NCBI GenBank assembly: GCA_012519845.1
Contig: JAAYPK010000109.1
Location: 1,765 to 65,764, forward strand
Origin: Clostridiales bacterium
GTDB lineage: Bacteria; Bacillota; Clostridia; Clostridiales; Clostridiaceae
Length of the DNA stretch: 64,000 bases
Direction: 5' to 3'
Part shown: one piece after another, positions 32,347-42,521 of the stretch
Numbering within the stretch: position 1 is the stretch's first letter
Layout: every line of letters begins with the position of its first letter
Notes under the pieces: generated by a model
What the model was told of the DNA's origin: nothing
Seen by the model: the letters and a program-made list of their open reading frames with translations, nothing else
Database searches by the model: none
Position numbers and translations under genes: made by a program

Positions 32347-33738
32347 ATGGGAGATATTATCTATGTTATAACTGCTATATTTCAGATAACAGTTTTTTTC
32401 ATAACTTGTTATTATCTATTTTTAGGTGTCTTTGGAGTTTATAGAAAAAAAGAAAAAAAGAATTATACTCCTAAAAATAAATTTGCGATGATAGTGGCAG
32501 CTCATAATGAAGAAATAGTAATTGGTAAGCTATTAGAAAGTATGCAAAATCAAAATTACCCAAAGGAATTATATGATATTTATGTTATTGCAGATAATTG
32601 TACAGATAAAACAGCTGAAATATCCAGAAAATATGGAGTGACAGTATGTGAAAGACATAATGATAAAAAGAGAGGAAAAGGTTATGCATTAGATTGGATG
32701 TTTAATATTCTTGATAAGCAAGATATTAAGTATGATGCAGTAACTATATTTGATGCAGATAACATTGTTCATAGAGATTTCTTAAAAGAGATTAATTCAA
32801 AAATGCAAGAAGGTTATAATGTTGTTCAGGGATACATAGATAGTAAAAATCCTAATGATTCATGGATAGCTGCATCTTATTCGATAGCTTTTTGGTCTCA
32901 AAATAGGTTATTCCAACTATCAAGGAATAATTTAGGATTATCAAATCAAATAGGTGGAACAGGATTTGCTATTTCAACTAGTACATTAAAGAAATTAGGC
33001 TGGGGAGTTTCATGTTTAACAGAAGATTTAGAATTTACTTGTAAATTAATTTTAAATGGAGAAAAAGTAGGTTGGGCTCATGATGCTAAAATTTATGACG
33101 AAAAACCTCTTGGACTTAAACAGTCTTGGGTGCAAAGAAGAAGATGGATGCAAGGGTTTTCTGATGTGGCTTCAAGGTATTGCTTAAAGCTATTCAAAAA
33201 AGGATTAAAAGATAAAAAGTGGTATATTTTTGATGCTGGTATATATGTTTTACAACCATTTGTAACATTATTACTAGGAATCTCAGCAGTAATAAGTTTT
33301 TTACAATCTAAAATACCATATAGTGGAGATGTTTTTACAGTAAGTAATTTAATTGGAAATGTAGGTTTTAATATTTTTATATTAATTCAATTCATTTTAA
33401 CACCATTAGTATTAAGAATGGATAAAAAAATATCAAATGGATTTTTTATAATGATGTTGCTTTTCTCGTCAAACATATTTTTATTCCCAACTCTTTTTTC
33501 AGATATTAAGGATGGAAACACAGTAATGCTTATTAATATAGCATATTACTTAATATTCTTATTAGCAACATTAGTATTTTTAGGTAAGAAATCTTTAGTT
33601 TTCTTTGTAAGATACTTATTATATAGTATATATACATTAACTTGGATACCAATAACTGTACAAGGGATTATAAGAAAGAATAATAAGGATTGGAATCATA
33701 CTAAACATGTTAGAAATGTAGAAATATGTGATGTATAG
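32347..33738 (+). CDS. Membrane-bound GT2 glycosyltransferase (D,D,D,QxxRW type)
   Basis: AHNEE, DNCTD, GKGYAL, DAD, TEDLE, QRRRW and C-terminal TM helices. Start placed at ATG 32347 after AGGAG. Confidence 0.9.
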   Translation: MGDIIYVITAIFQITVFFITCYYLFLGVFGVYRKKEKKNYTPKNKFAMIVAAHNEEIVIGKLLESMQNQNYPKELYDIYVIADNCTDKTAEISRKYGVTVCERHNDKKRGKGYALDWMFNILDKQDIKYDAVTIFDADNIVHRDFLKEINSKMQEGYNVVQGYIDSKNPNDSWIAASYSIAFWSQNRLFQLSRNNLGLSNQIGGTGFAISTSTLKKLGWGVSCLTEDLEFTCKLILNGEKVGWAHDAKIYDEKPLGLKQSWVQRRRWMQGFSDVASRYCLKLFKKGLKDKKWYIFDAGIYVLQPFVTLLLGISAVISFLQSKIPYSGDVFTVSNLIGNVGFNIFILIQFILTPLVLRMDKKISNGFFIMMLLFSSNIFLFPTLFSDIKDGNTVMLINIAYYLIFLLATLVFLGKKSLVFFVRYLLYSIYTLTWIPITVQGIIRKNNKDWNHTKHVRNVEICDV

Positions 33739-33898
33739 ATAAAAAGGGGTTATATTATAGTCTTTAAAAGATTCATAATAAAACCTCTTTTATTTTATCT
33801 AATTATAGTGATAAGCTTATTATATTTTGTTGATTTTTTGACATAATATAAAAAAAAACGTATATTGTAATAAGATACTTAACAAAATGGAGGGAAAT

Positions 33899-35842
33899 AT
33901 GGATACTAATATTACTTATGATGTAACTGATTTAACATCATTGGAAAAACTAGAACCAGTAAGAGTTAGACCAGGGATGTACATAGGATCAACAGGAAGC
34001 AAAGGATTACACCATTGCGTATGGGAAATATTAGATAATGCTATAGATGAAATCTCTAATGGATATGGGGATACTGCGAAGGTTATTCTTAATAAGGATA
34101 AAAGTGTAACCATTGAAGATAATGGAAGAGGGATTCCTACAGGTATACATCCTATAAAGAAAAAAAGTGGAGTAGAGATGGTATTTACAGAACTTCATAC
34201 TGGAGGTAAATTTGATAATAAAAATTATAAAACCTCTGGAGGATTACATGGAGTTGGTGCAGCGGTAGTTAATGCATTATCAAAATGGGTAGAAGTTGAA
34301 GTTAAACAAAATAATAAATTATATAGACAAAGATTTGAATATGCTTTTGATAAAGAACTAAAAAAAGATATGCCAGGAACTGCTGTAACTCCTTTAAAAG
34401 TAGTTGGTGAAGCAAAAGGCACTGGAACTAGAATTACATTTATGCCTGATAATAGTATTTTTTCAACTATTGATTTTAAATTTGATGTTATAGATGAAAG
34501 ACTTCAAGAATTAGCATTCCAAAATAAAGGAATTCATCTTAGCTTAATAGACTTAAGGAAAGAGGAGATAGTAGAAAAAAACTATTATTCTGAAAGAGGT
34601 TTATTAGATTTTATTGATTATTTAAATGAAAGTAAAACTCCTATACATGAAGAACCTATTCTTTTTGATGGAGAAAGAACAGTGAACAATATACAAATGT
34701 TTGGCGAAGTTTGTGTGCAATTTACTGATTCTACAACAGACTATATTGCTAGTTATGTTAATAATATACCAACAACAGAAGCAGGTACGCATGAAACAGG
34801 ATTTAAGACAGGAATGACCAGGGCTTTTAAGGAATGGGCAAGAAAGCTTGGAGTAATAAAAGAAAAAGATAAAGAATTTGAAGGCGATGACTTAAGAGAA
34901 GGTATGACAGCTATAATAAGAATTAAAATAACAAATCCTATTTTTGAAGGACAAACAAAAACAAAACTAGGAAATAACGAAGCATATACTATGATGAATG
35001 ATTTAGCATATACTAAGTTTTCAGAATGGATTGAAGATAATAAACAGATAGCAACAAATATAATGAATAATGCACTTCAAGCTGCTTTAAGAAGAGATAA
35101 GATTAAGAAAATAAATGATGCAGAAAAAAAGAAAATTGGTAAAGGGACAGCACCTTTAGCTGGGAAAATAGCAGTTTGCACTATGAAGGACACAAATGTA
35201 AATGAATTTATTGTTGTTGAGGGAGATTCTGCAGGAGGTTCTGCTAAGCAAGCTAGAGATAGAAGATTTCAAACTATAATGCCTTCTAAGGGAAAAATTA
35301 TGAATACAGAAAAACAAAAATTAGAAAATGTTTTAGCTTCTGAAGAATTGAGATTATTTAATGCAGCTGTAGGTACTGGAACTTTAGATAATTATAACGA
35401 AGAAAATTTAAAATACGATAAAATAATAATTATGAGTGATGCAGATGTAGATGGATATCATATAAGAACACTTTGGATGACATATATATATAGATATATG
35501 AGACCTTTAATTGCTAATGGGCATTTATATTTAGCACAGCCACCTTTATATAAGGTTTACAAAAATACTAAAAAAGGTGAGGAATTAATTTATGCTTATA
35601 GTGACGAGGAGTTAGAGAAAGCCAAAAAGAAAATTGGAAATGGAGCTTTAATTCAAAGATATAAAGGACTGGGAGAAATGAATCCTGATCAATTATGGGA
35701 AACTACATTAAATCCAGAAAGCAGAACCTTATTAAAGGTTACTATTGATGATGCTGCAAAAGCTGAAAGAATGATTTCTCTGTTAATGGGTGATGTAGTA
35801 GAGCCAAGAAAAAAATATATGTACAAATATGCAGAGTTTTAA
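33899..35842 (+). CDS. parE: Type IIA topoisomerase B subunit (topoisomerase IV ParE-like)
   Basis: RPGMYIG, EILDNAIDE, GGLHGVG, EGDSAGG, DADVDG, RYKGLGEM. Confidence 0.8.
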   Translation: MDTNITYDVTDLTSLEKLEPVRVRPGMYIGSTGSKGLHHCVWEILDNAIDEISNGYGDTAKVILNKDKSVTIEDNGRGIPTGIHPIKKKSGVEMVFTELHTGGKFDNKNYKTSGGLHGVGAAVVNALSKWVEVEVKQNNKLYRQRFEYAFDKELKKDMPGTAVTPLKVVGEAKGTGTRITFMPDNSIFSTIDFKFDVIDERLQELAFQNKGIHLSLIDLRKEEIVEKNYYSERGLLDFIDYLNESKTPIHEEPILFDGERTVNNIQMFGEVCVQFTDSTTDYIASYVNNIPTTEAGTHETGFKTGMTRAFKEWARKLGVIKEKDKEFEGDDLREGMTAIIRIKITNPIFEGQTKTKLGNNEAYTMMNDLAYTKFSEWIEDNKQIATNIMNNALQAALRRDKIKKINDAEKKKIGKGTAPLAGKIAVCTMKDTNVNEFIVVEGDSAGGSAKQARDRRFQTIMPSKGKIMNTEKQKLENVLASEELRLFNAAVGTGTLDNYNEENLKYDKIIIMSDADVDGYHIRTLWMTYIYRYMRPLIANGHLYLAQPPLYKVYKNTKKGEELIYAYSDEELEKAKKKIGNGALIQRYKGLGEMNPDQLWETTLNPESRTLLKVTIDDAAKAERMISLLMGDVVEPRKKYMYKYAEF

Positions 35843-35858
35843 TAAGAGGTGATTAATA

Positions 35859-38741
35859 ATGGTAAAAAAGAAAGATATAATTCCAAAGGATAACAATATA
35901 ATAAAAATTCCTCTTGAAGAAGCGATGCCTGATAATTATTTACCTTATGCTGTTGAAGTTGCTAAGGAAAGAGCACTTCCAGATGTAAGGGACGGATTAA
36001 AGCCGGTACATAGAAGAATATTATATGGTTCATATCTTCTTAAAGCTTTTCCTGATAAGCCTTATTATAAATCAGCAAGAATAGTTGGAGATATTTTAGG
36101 TAAGTTTCATCCTCATGGTGATACTTCTGTTTATGATGCTTTAGTAATATTGGCTCAGAATTTTTCAACTAGGAATCCATTAATTGATGGTCATGGAAAC
36201 TTTGGCTCTATTGATGGAGATGGAGCCGCTGCAATGAGGTATACAGAAGCAAGGCTTACTAATATAGCTATGGAAATGCTTAGAGATATCGATAAAGATA
36301 CTGTAGAAATGGTTCCTAATTATTCAGATAGTGAATTAGAACCAAAGGTTCTTCCAAGTAGATATCCTAATTTACTTGTAAATGGTACTTTTGGAATAGC
36401 AGTTGGACTAGCAACAAACATACCACCACATAATCTTTATGAAGTTACGCAAGGTGTTCTTGCATATATTGATAATAATGAAATAACAACAAAAGAATTA
36501 ATGAAATATATAAAAGGACCAGACTTGCCAACTGGAGGTATAATAATTGGTGCAAATTCTATGCTTCAAGCTTATGAAACTGGAGAAGGAAAAGTAACTT
36601 GTAGAGCAAAGACTTCTATTGAAAAACTTGAAAACGGTAGAATAGGAATAGTAATAAGTGAATTTCCATACAAGAGAAATAAGGCGAAGTTACTTCAAAC
36701 TATTTCTGAAATGACTGGAGATAAAAAACATGCAAAAGTTTTAGAATCAATTTCAGATATAAGGGATGAATCTGATAGAACAGGAATTAGAGCTGTAATA
36801 GAATTTAAAAAGAATGTTGATGAAGAGGTTGCAGATAAAGTACTTAAGTATTTATTTAAGAAAACAGATTTACAATGCAATATTAGCTTCAATATGGTTG
36901 CCTTAGCTAATGGAAAACCTGAAACTATGGGGCTTAAAACAATATTGCATCATTATGTTAATCATCAAAAAGATATAATAACAAGAAGAACGAAAAAAGA
37001 ATTAGATATAGCTGAAAAAAGATTTCACATTGTAGAGGGATTTATTAAAGCAATTAATATTTTAGATGAAGTAATAAGTACAATAAGAAATTCAAAATCA
37101 AAAAAGGATGCATCAGAAAACTTAATTAACAAATTTGAATTTACTGAACCACAAGCAACTGCTATTCTAGAACTTATGTTATATAGATTAACAGGATTAG
37201 AAATAACAATATTTCAAAAAGAATACAAAGAACTTGACAAGAAAATAAAAGCATTAAAGAAAATATTAAGTGATGAAAAGGAATTACTTAAAGTAATAAA
37301 GAAAGAATTAATAGAAATAACAGAAAAATATAAAAGTCCAAGAAAAACTGAAATTGTAGAAAATGATGATGAAGCTAAAATTGATGTTCAGGAATTAATA
37401 ATTGTTGAAGATGTAATGATTACCTTATCTAAAGACGGATTTATTAAAAGAATACCTGAAAAAAGTTATATAAGATCAAATTTCAACCCTGATGATATTG
37501 AATATAGAGAAGGGGATGAACTTAAATATTTATTAAAATCTAATACTAAAAATAATATTTTAATTTTTACTGACATAGGTAATATGTATCAAATAAAAGG
37601 AATTAATATTCCAGAAGGTAAGTGGAAAGATAAAGGGGAAAGAATAGATACTTTAATTAAAGGCTTAAACCTTGATGAAGAAAAAATTGTAGGAGTAATT
37701 TCCATTGAAGATTTTAGTAGCAATGAATATGTTAATATTATTACTAATCAAGGTAGTATTAAGAAGAGTTCATTAGATAAATTCATAACAAATTATTCAA
37801 AGCTTCAAAGTACAAAATTAAGAAAAAATGAAAGAGTAATTAAAGTAGAATTGGATTCTGAATATAAATATTTAGAAGTTAAAACAAAAATGGGGTTAAA
37901 ATTTACAGTAGAAATCCCTGAATTATCAGATTCTCAAAGAAATGTACTTGGAACTCAACTATTTAATATTTCATCTCAAGATGAAATATTAGAAATAGAA
38001 AAAGTAGATAATAAGGAGTTTATTGAAGTTACTGTAGGAATTACATCAAAAGGAACATTAAAATCTTTTAATAAATCTACAAAAAAAGATTTGCTTAAAG
38101 TTAATACAGATTCAGATAGCAAATTACTGTTATTTACCAGCAACGGAAATGTGATTAAAGTAGATTCCTTTATTATACAGGATGTCATAAATAATGAAAT
38201 TGAAATAAACAAAATATATGGTGAAATTAATAAAAATGAAAAAATAATAGGAGTTTTTTCTGTTAAGGAATTTGATGAAAATATAGGAGTATATGTTTTT
38301 ACAAAGGATGGTTTTGTTAAAAAAACATTATTGTCAGAATTTAATGGAGATTATTCTAGTCAACAAATATATAAATTTAAAAATGAAAAAGATAAAATAG
38401 TATCAGTTGATATTGCTCCTGTAAATTTTGGTAATTTAGTTATGATTACTAAAAAAGGTATGGCAATAAAATTTAATGCTTCAAATGTAAATCCAATGGG
38501 AAAAATTGCATCTGGGGTTATAGGAATTAGCCTTAAAGATGAGGATGAGGTTATTTACGGAGAATTATTAATTGAATCTATGGAGGAATTATCATCTGAA
38601 AAATTTAAAATTATTACAAAGAAGAAACTAACAAAGGAATTATTATTCAGTGATATTAAACTTCAAAATAGGGCAGGCAGAGGAAGTAATATAATGATAC
38701 TAGTTTTTGATGATGAAATAAAAAATATTAGTCATAATTAA
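35859..38741 (+). CDS. parC: Type IIA topoisomerase A subunit (ParC-like) with an extended beta-pinwheel CTD
   Basis: [21 protein letters not shown], catalytic AAMRYTE. No GyrA-box at the start of the CTD. Confidence 0.8.
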   Translation: MVKKKDIIPKDNNIIKIPLEEAMPDNYLPYAVEVAKERALPDVRDGLKPVHRRILYGSYLLKAFPDKPYYKSARIVGDILGKFHPHGDTSVYDALVILAQNFSTRNPLIDGHGNFGSIDGDGAAAMRYTEARLTNIAMEMLRDIDKDTVEMVPNYSDSELEPKVLPSRYPNLLVNGTFGIAVGLATNIPPHNLYEVTQGVLAYIDNNEITTKELMKYIKGPDLPTGGIIIGANSMLQAYETGEGKVTCRAKTSIEKLENGRIGIVISEFPYKRNKAKLLQTISEMTGDKKHAKVLESISDIRDESDRTGIRAVIEFKKNVDEEVADKVLKYLFKKTDLQCNISFNMVALANGKPETMGLKTILHHYVNHQKDIITRRTKKELDIAEKRFHIVEGFIKAINILDEVISTIRNSKSKKDASENLINKFEFTEPQATAILELMLYRLTGLEITIFQKEYKELDKKIKALKKILSDEKELLKVIKKELIEITEKYKSPRKTEIVENDDEAKIDVQELIIVEDVMITLSKDGFIKRIPEKSYIRSNFNPDDIEYREGDELKYLLKSNTKNNILIFTDIGNMYQIKGINIPEGKWKDKGERIDTLIKGLNLDEEKIVGVISIEDFSSNEYVNIITNQGSIKKSSLDKFITNYSKLQSTKLRKNERVIKVELDSEYKYLEVKTKMGLKFTVEIPELSDSQRNVLGTQLFNISSQDEILEIEKVDNKEFIEVTVGITSKGTLKSFNKSTKKDLLKVNTDSDSKLLLFTSNGNVIKVDSFIIQDVINNEIEINKIYGEINKNEKIIGVFSVKEFDENIGVYVFTKDGFVKKTLLSEFNGDYSSQQIYKFKNEKDKIVSVDIAPVNFGNLVMITKKGMAIKFNASNVNPMGKIASGVIGISLKDEDEVIYGELLIESMEELSSEKFKIITKKKLTKELLFSDIKLQNRAGRGSNIMILVFDDEIKNISHN

Positions 38742-38766
38742 ATTTGTGTTTAAAGGAGTAATAGTT

Positions 38767-39372
38767 ATGAAAAATATAGCAGTGTTATTGGCTGAAGGTT
38801 TTGAAGAAATTGAAGCTCTTACAGTAGTTGATATTTTAAGAAGAGCTGAAGAAAATTGTGAAATGGTTAGTGTTGATAAATTTGATGTAAAGGGTGCCCA
38901 TAATATTATAGTTAAAGCAGATAAAATAATTAATGATGAAATAAAGAATTATGATTTAATAGTTCTACCAGGAGGAATGCCTGGAGCAAAGAATTTAAGA
39001 GACAATGAAAAAGTTATAGAGCTTGTTAAGCATTTTAATGAAGAAAATAAATTAATAGGTGCTATCTGTGCAGCACCAATAGTTTTAGCAAAAGCAGATA
39101 TTATTGCAGGAAAAAAGATAACTTCTTACCCAGGTTATGAAAATGAACTTAATAAAGGAACATATATTGAAGATGCTACAGTAGTAGTTGATGGTAATAT
39201 AGTTACTAGTAGAGGCCCTGCAACTGCAATTGAATTTTCTTATAAATTACTTGAGTTATTAGGGAATGACTCTTACAAAAAATTAAGCGAAGCTATGATG
39301 TATGATTTCTTAATAAAAGTCAAAGGAAAAAAAGGTGGGAATAGTGAAGGAAAAATGGATCCTTGTAAATAG
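38767..39372 (+). CDS. DJ-1/YajL/PfpI family protein
   Basis: GFEEIE, LPGGMPG, AICAAP, TSRGPATA. Confidence 0.92.
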   Translation: MKNIAVLLAEGFEEIEALTVVDILRRAEENCEMVSVDKFDVKGAHNIIVKADKIINDEIKNYDLIVLPGGMPGAKNLRDNEKVIELVKHFNEENKLIGAICAAPIVLAKADIIAGKKITSYPGYENELNKGTYIEDATVVVDGNIVTSRGPATAIEFSYKLLELLGNDSYKKLSEAMMYDFLIKVKGKKGGNSEGKMDPCK

Positions 39373-41110
39373 AAAAAAAGAATTTGAAAAACTTCATAGT
39401 GAAATTAAAATAAATCCATTAATTACAAGATTGTTAGTAAATAGAGGAATTGACAGCGGGGTAAAGGCCGAAAAATTTTTAAATGGGTCAAAAAATTGTT
39501 TAAATGATGGTTCTTTAATGAAGGATATGATTAAAGGAGTAAATTTAATTAAAGAGGCAATAATAAATAATAAAAAAATAGTTATTTATGGTGACTACGA
39601 TTGTGATGGAGTTTGTAGTACGGCAATCCTTTATAAAACTCTAGAAAAATTAAATGCAAATTTCACTTACTATATACCTAATAGAGAAGATGAAGGGTAT
39701 GGAATGAATAGTAATAGAATAAAGTGTTTAAAAGAAGAAGGAGCAGAATATTTATTAACTTGTGATAATGGGATATCAGCAATAAATGAGGTAAAAGTAG
39801 CAAAAGACCTTGGTTTAAAAGTAATTATTACAGATCACCATGATATTCCTTTTGTCATGGAAAATAATAAAAAAATATATACTATACCAGAAGCAGATTG
39901 TGTTATTAACCCAAAGCAAGAGGATTGTTTATATGAGTTCAAAGATTTATGTGGAGCAGGGGTAGCGTTAAAATTTGCTATAGAACTTTACAAATCTATG
40001 GATAAACCTTATGAAGAGTTATCTGAATTATATGAATTAGCATCAATAGCTACTGTCTGTGATGTTGTTCAGCTATTAGATGAAAATAGAATAATAGTAA
40101 AAGAAGGTTTGAAAGTTATTAATAAAAAACCTAGTGTTGGTATTTTAGAATTGCTTAAAATAACAGGGATAGATAAAAAGAAAATAGAAGAATATCACTT
40201 TGGATTTGTTCTTGGACCATGTATAAATGCTACAGGACGTCTTGAAACAGCAGATTTGTCAGTAAATCTATTAATAGAAAAAGATAAAGATAAAGCAAAA
40301 GAACTAGCTAAAAATCTATATGAATTAAATAATGAAAGACAAAATTTAACTTTGGAAAGTTTAGAACGTATAGATGAAAAAATTAAATTAGAATTAAAAG
40401 ATGAAAAAGTAATTTTAGTTTACGATAGTGAAGTTCATGAAAGTATTGCAGGGATAGTGGCAGGAAGAATAAGAGAAAAATATAACTTACCAACAATTGT
40501 TTTGACAAAAGGTAAAGATATGCCAAAAGGTTCTGGAAGAAGTATTGAAGGCTATAATATGTATGAGGAGTTAAATAAACATAAAGAATTAATAAGTAAA
40601 TTTGGTGGTCATACAATGGCAGCAGGACTTTCAGTAGAGGAAGATAAGATACCTTTATTAAAAGAGGCGTTAACAAAGGATTGTCCTTTGAATGATGATG
40701 ATATTGTTAAAGTAGTAAGAATAGATTCGCCACTTTCAATAGACAATATTAATGAACAAATAATTAATGAAATTGAAAACTTAAAACCATTTGGAAAAGG
40801 CAATCCTAGTCCTTTATTTGCAATGAAAAATGCAAGTGTATCCAGAGTATTTTTTATGGGAAAAGAGAAAAATATACTAAAATTCAGATTTGTTATGGAT
40901 AATAATATGTATATTGAAGGTATTAATTTTGATAAATATGAGGAATTTAAAGAAATGTATATAGGTGAATTTGGAGAAGATAAGTATTTAGAACTCTATA
41001 ATAGTACATACGGAAGTTTTAACTTAGATGTGGTATATTATCCAACTATAAATGAATATAATGGAAAAAAAAGTATTCAATTGAACATTAAAAATTTTAG
41101 AATAGCATAA
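39344..41110 (+). CDS. recJ: Single-stranded DNA exonuclease RecJ
   Basis: GDYDCDG, TCDNG, TDHH, PCINATGRL, GSGRS, FGGH. Confidence 0.95.
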   Translation: MKEKWILVNRKKEFEKLHSEIKINPLITRLLVNRGIDSGVKAEKFLNGSKNCLNDGSLMKDMIKGVNLIKEAIINNKKIVIYGDYDCDGVCSTAILYKTLEKLNANFTYYIPNREDEGYGMNSNRIKCLKEEGAEYLLTCDNGISAINEVKVAKDLGLKVIITDHHDIPFVMENNKKIYTIPEADCVINPKQEDCLYEFKDLCGAGVALKFAIELYKSMDKPYEELSELYELASIATVCDVVQLLDENRIIVKEGLKVINKKPSVGILELLKITGIDKKKIEEYHFGFVLGPCINATGRLETADLSVNLLIEKDKDKAKELAKNLYELNNERQNLTLESLERIDEKIKLELKDEKVILVYDSEVHESIAGIVAGRIREKYNLPTIVLTKGKDMPKGSGRSIEGYNMYEELNKHKELISKFGGHTMAAGLSVEEDKIPLLKEALTKDCPLNDDDIVKVVRIDSPLSIDNINEQIINEIENLKPFGKGNPSPLFAMKNASVSRVFFMGKEKNILKFRFVMDNNMYIEGINFDKYEEFKEMYIGEFGEDKYLELYNSTYGSFNLDVVYYPTINEYNGKKSIQLNIKNFRIA

Positions 41111-41115
41111 ATTTA

Positions 41116-41148
41116 AGGTAAGTTCATATTTTGAATTTACCTTGTTTT
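41116..41148 (+). terminator. Terminator after recJ
   Basis: AAGGTAAGTTCA / TGAATTTACCTT followed by GTTTT. Confidence 0.6.
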
Positions 41149-41221
41149 ATTTCAAAAAAAATATATTATTAAAATGTAGGCTTTTAAAAAGCTAAAATTA
41201 AATAATGAGGTGTAATAAATT

Positions 41222-42289
41222 TTGAGTAATTATAAAATAATCATGACAGGTGGAGGAACAGCAGGCCATGTAACTCCAAATTTAGCTTTAATTCCTAAAT
41301 TAAAAAAAGAGGGCTTTGAAATTAAATATATAGGAAGTAAAGATGGCATTGAAAAAGAAATAGTAAATAAAGAAAAAATACCGTATTTTGAGATTTCATC
41401 AGGAAAATTAAGAAGATATTTTGATATAAAAAACTTTTCGGATCCATTAAAAGTAATTAAAGGGATTTTTGAGGCCAAAAAAATAATTAATAAAGAGAAG
41501 CCAGATGTTATTTTTTCAAAAGGAGGATTTGTTTCAGTTCCAGTTGTTATAGCAGCATCTATGTGTAAAATACCAGTAGTAGCACATGAATCAGATATAA
41601 CACCTGGTCTTGCAAATAAATTAGCAGCACCTTTTTGTAATAAATTATGTGTTACTTTTAGAGAGAGTTTAAAATACATAAAGGGAAACAAGGGCGTATT
41701 AACTGGAAGTCCAATTAGAGAAGAAATATTAAATGGGTCAAGATTACTTGGTAAAAAGATATGTGATTTCAATGATGAAAAAGAAATATTATTTATTATG
41801 GGCGGTAGTTTAGGTTCTAAAATAATAAATAATGTTATTAGAGAGAACTTAGATGAGCTACTAAATAAATTTAACATAATTCACATTTGTGGAAAAGGCA
41901 ATGTAGATTCTAAAATAAATATGAAGGGTTATAGACAATATGAATATGTAGGAGAAGAGTTACCACATTTAATGGCAGCAGCAGATTATATTATATCAAG
42001 AGCCGGTGCAAATTCCATATTTGAATTTTTAGCACTAAAGAAACCTACATTACTAATACCTTTATCTAAAAATGCAAGTAGAGGAGATCAAATTTTAAAT
42101 GCTAATTCTTTTAAAAAAGAAGGGTATGCATTAGTAATGGAAGAAGAGGAAATTACAAAGGATTCTTTTATCAGTAAAATTAATGAATTGGTAAATAGTA
42201 AAAAACAATTAATTAGTAATATGAAAAAAGGTAATGATAAGGTAGGAAATGATGCAGTGATTGCTATTATTAAAGAGGCTATAAAGTGA
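41222..42289 (+). CDS. murG: UDP-GlcNAc:lipid I N-acetylglucosaminyltransferase
   Basis: [35 protein letters not shown]. Confidence 0.95.
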   Translation: MSNYKIIMTGGGTAGHVTPNLALIPKLKKEGFEIKYIGSKDGIEKEIVNKEKIPYFEISSGKLRRYFDIKNFSDPLKVIKGIFEAKKIINKEKPDVIFSKGGFVSVPVVIAASMCKIPVVAHESDITPGLANKLAAPFCNKLCVTFRESLKYIKGNKGVLTGSPIREEILNGSRLLGKKICDFNDEKEILFIMGGSLGSKIINNVIRENLDELLNKFNIIHICGKGNVDSKINMKGYRQYEYVGEELPHLMAAADYIISRAGANSIFEFLALKKPTLLIPLSKNASRGDQILNANSFKKEGYALVMEEEEITKDSFISKINELVNSKKQLISNMKKGNDKVGNDAVIAIIKEAIK

Positions 42290-42297
42290 TCAGAATA

Positions 42298-42427
42298 AAT
42301 TGACAGAAAATTCACATGATTTCTAATTATCTATAATATAGAAATAACCTTGCAAAAAAAAATTAGTGAAGTATAATAAAAAAGAAGGCATTATTTAGTA
42401 AGAAAAAGAAAGTTAACATTTTAACAA
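42298..42427 (+). promoter_or_regulatory. PFOR promoter region with candidate CodY and Rex sites
   Basis: AATTGACAGAAAATT (42298-42312; 13/15 to AATTTTCWGAAAATT). TTGCAA-16 bp-TATAAT (42350-42377). AAGTTAA-CATT-TTAACAA (42410-42427), Rex-like. Confidence 0.55.
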
Positions 42428-42521
42428 ACTAAAATAGTTAATATTATTTTATACTTAATATCAGCTTCATACCAACTGCTAATAATATATTTTATATAAT
42501 TTGAAAGAGGGGATTTACGCG

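Noticed and set aside
33899-38741. Calling the pair gyrB/gyrA
   Set aside because: No dnaA-recF context, no GyrA-box at the CTD start and divergent motifs (PSKGK rather than PLRGK) favour a topoisomerase IV-like paralogue. A phylogeny would be decisive.
41230-41877. 215-aa antisense ORF
   Set aside because: Lies entirely opposite murG. The F/L/I/S-rich translation is the typical shadow of an AT-rich coding strand, with no RBS or motif.
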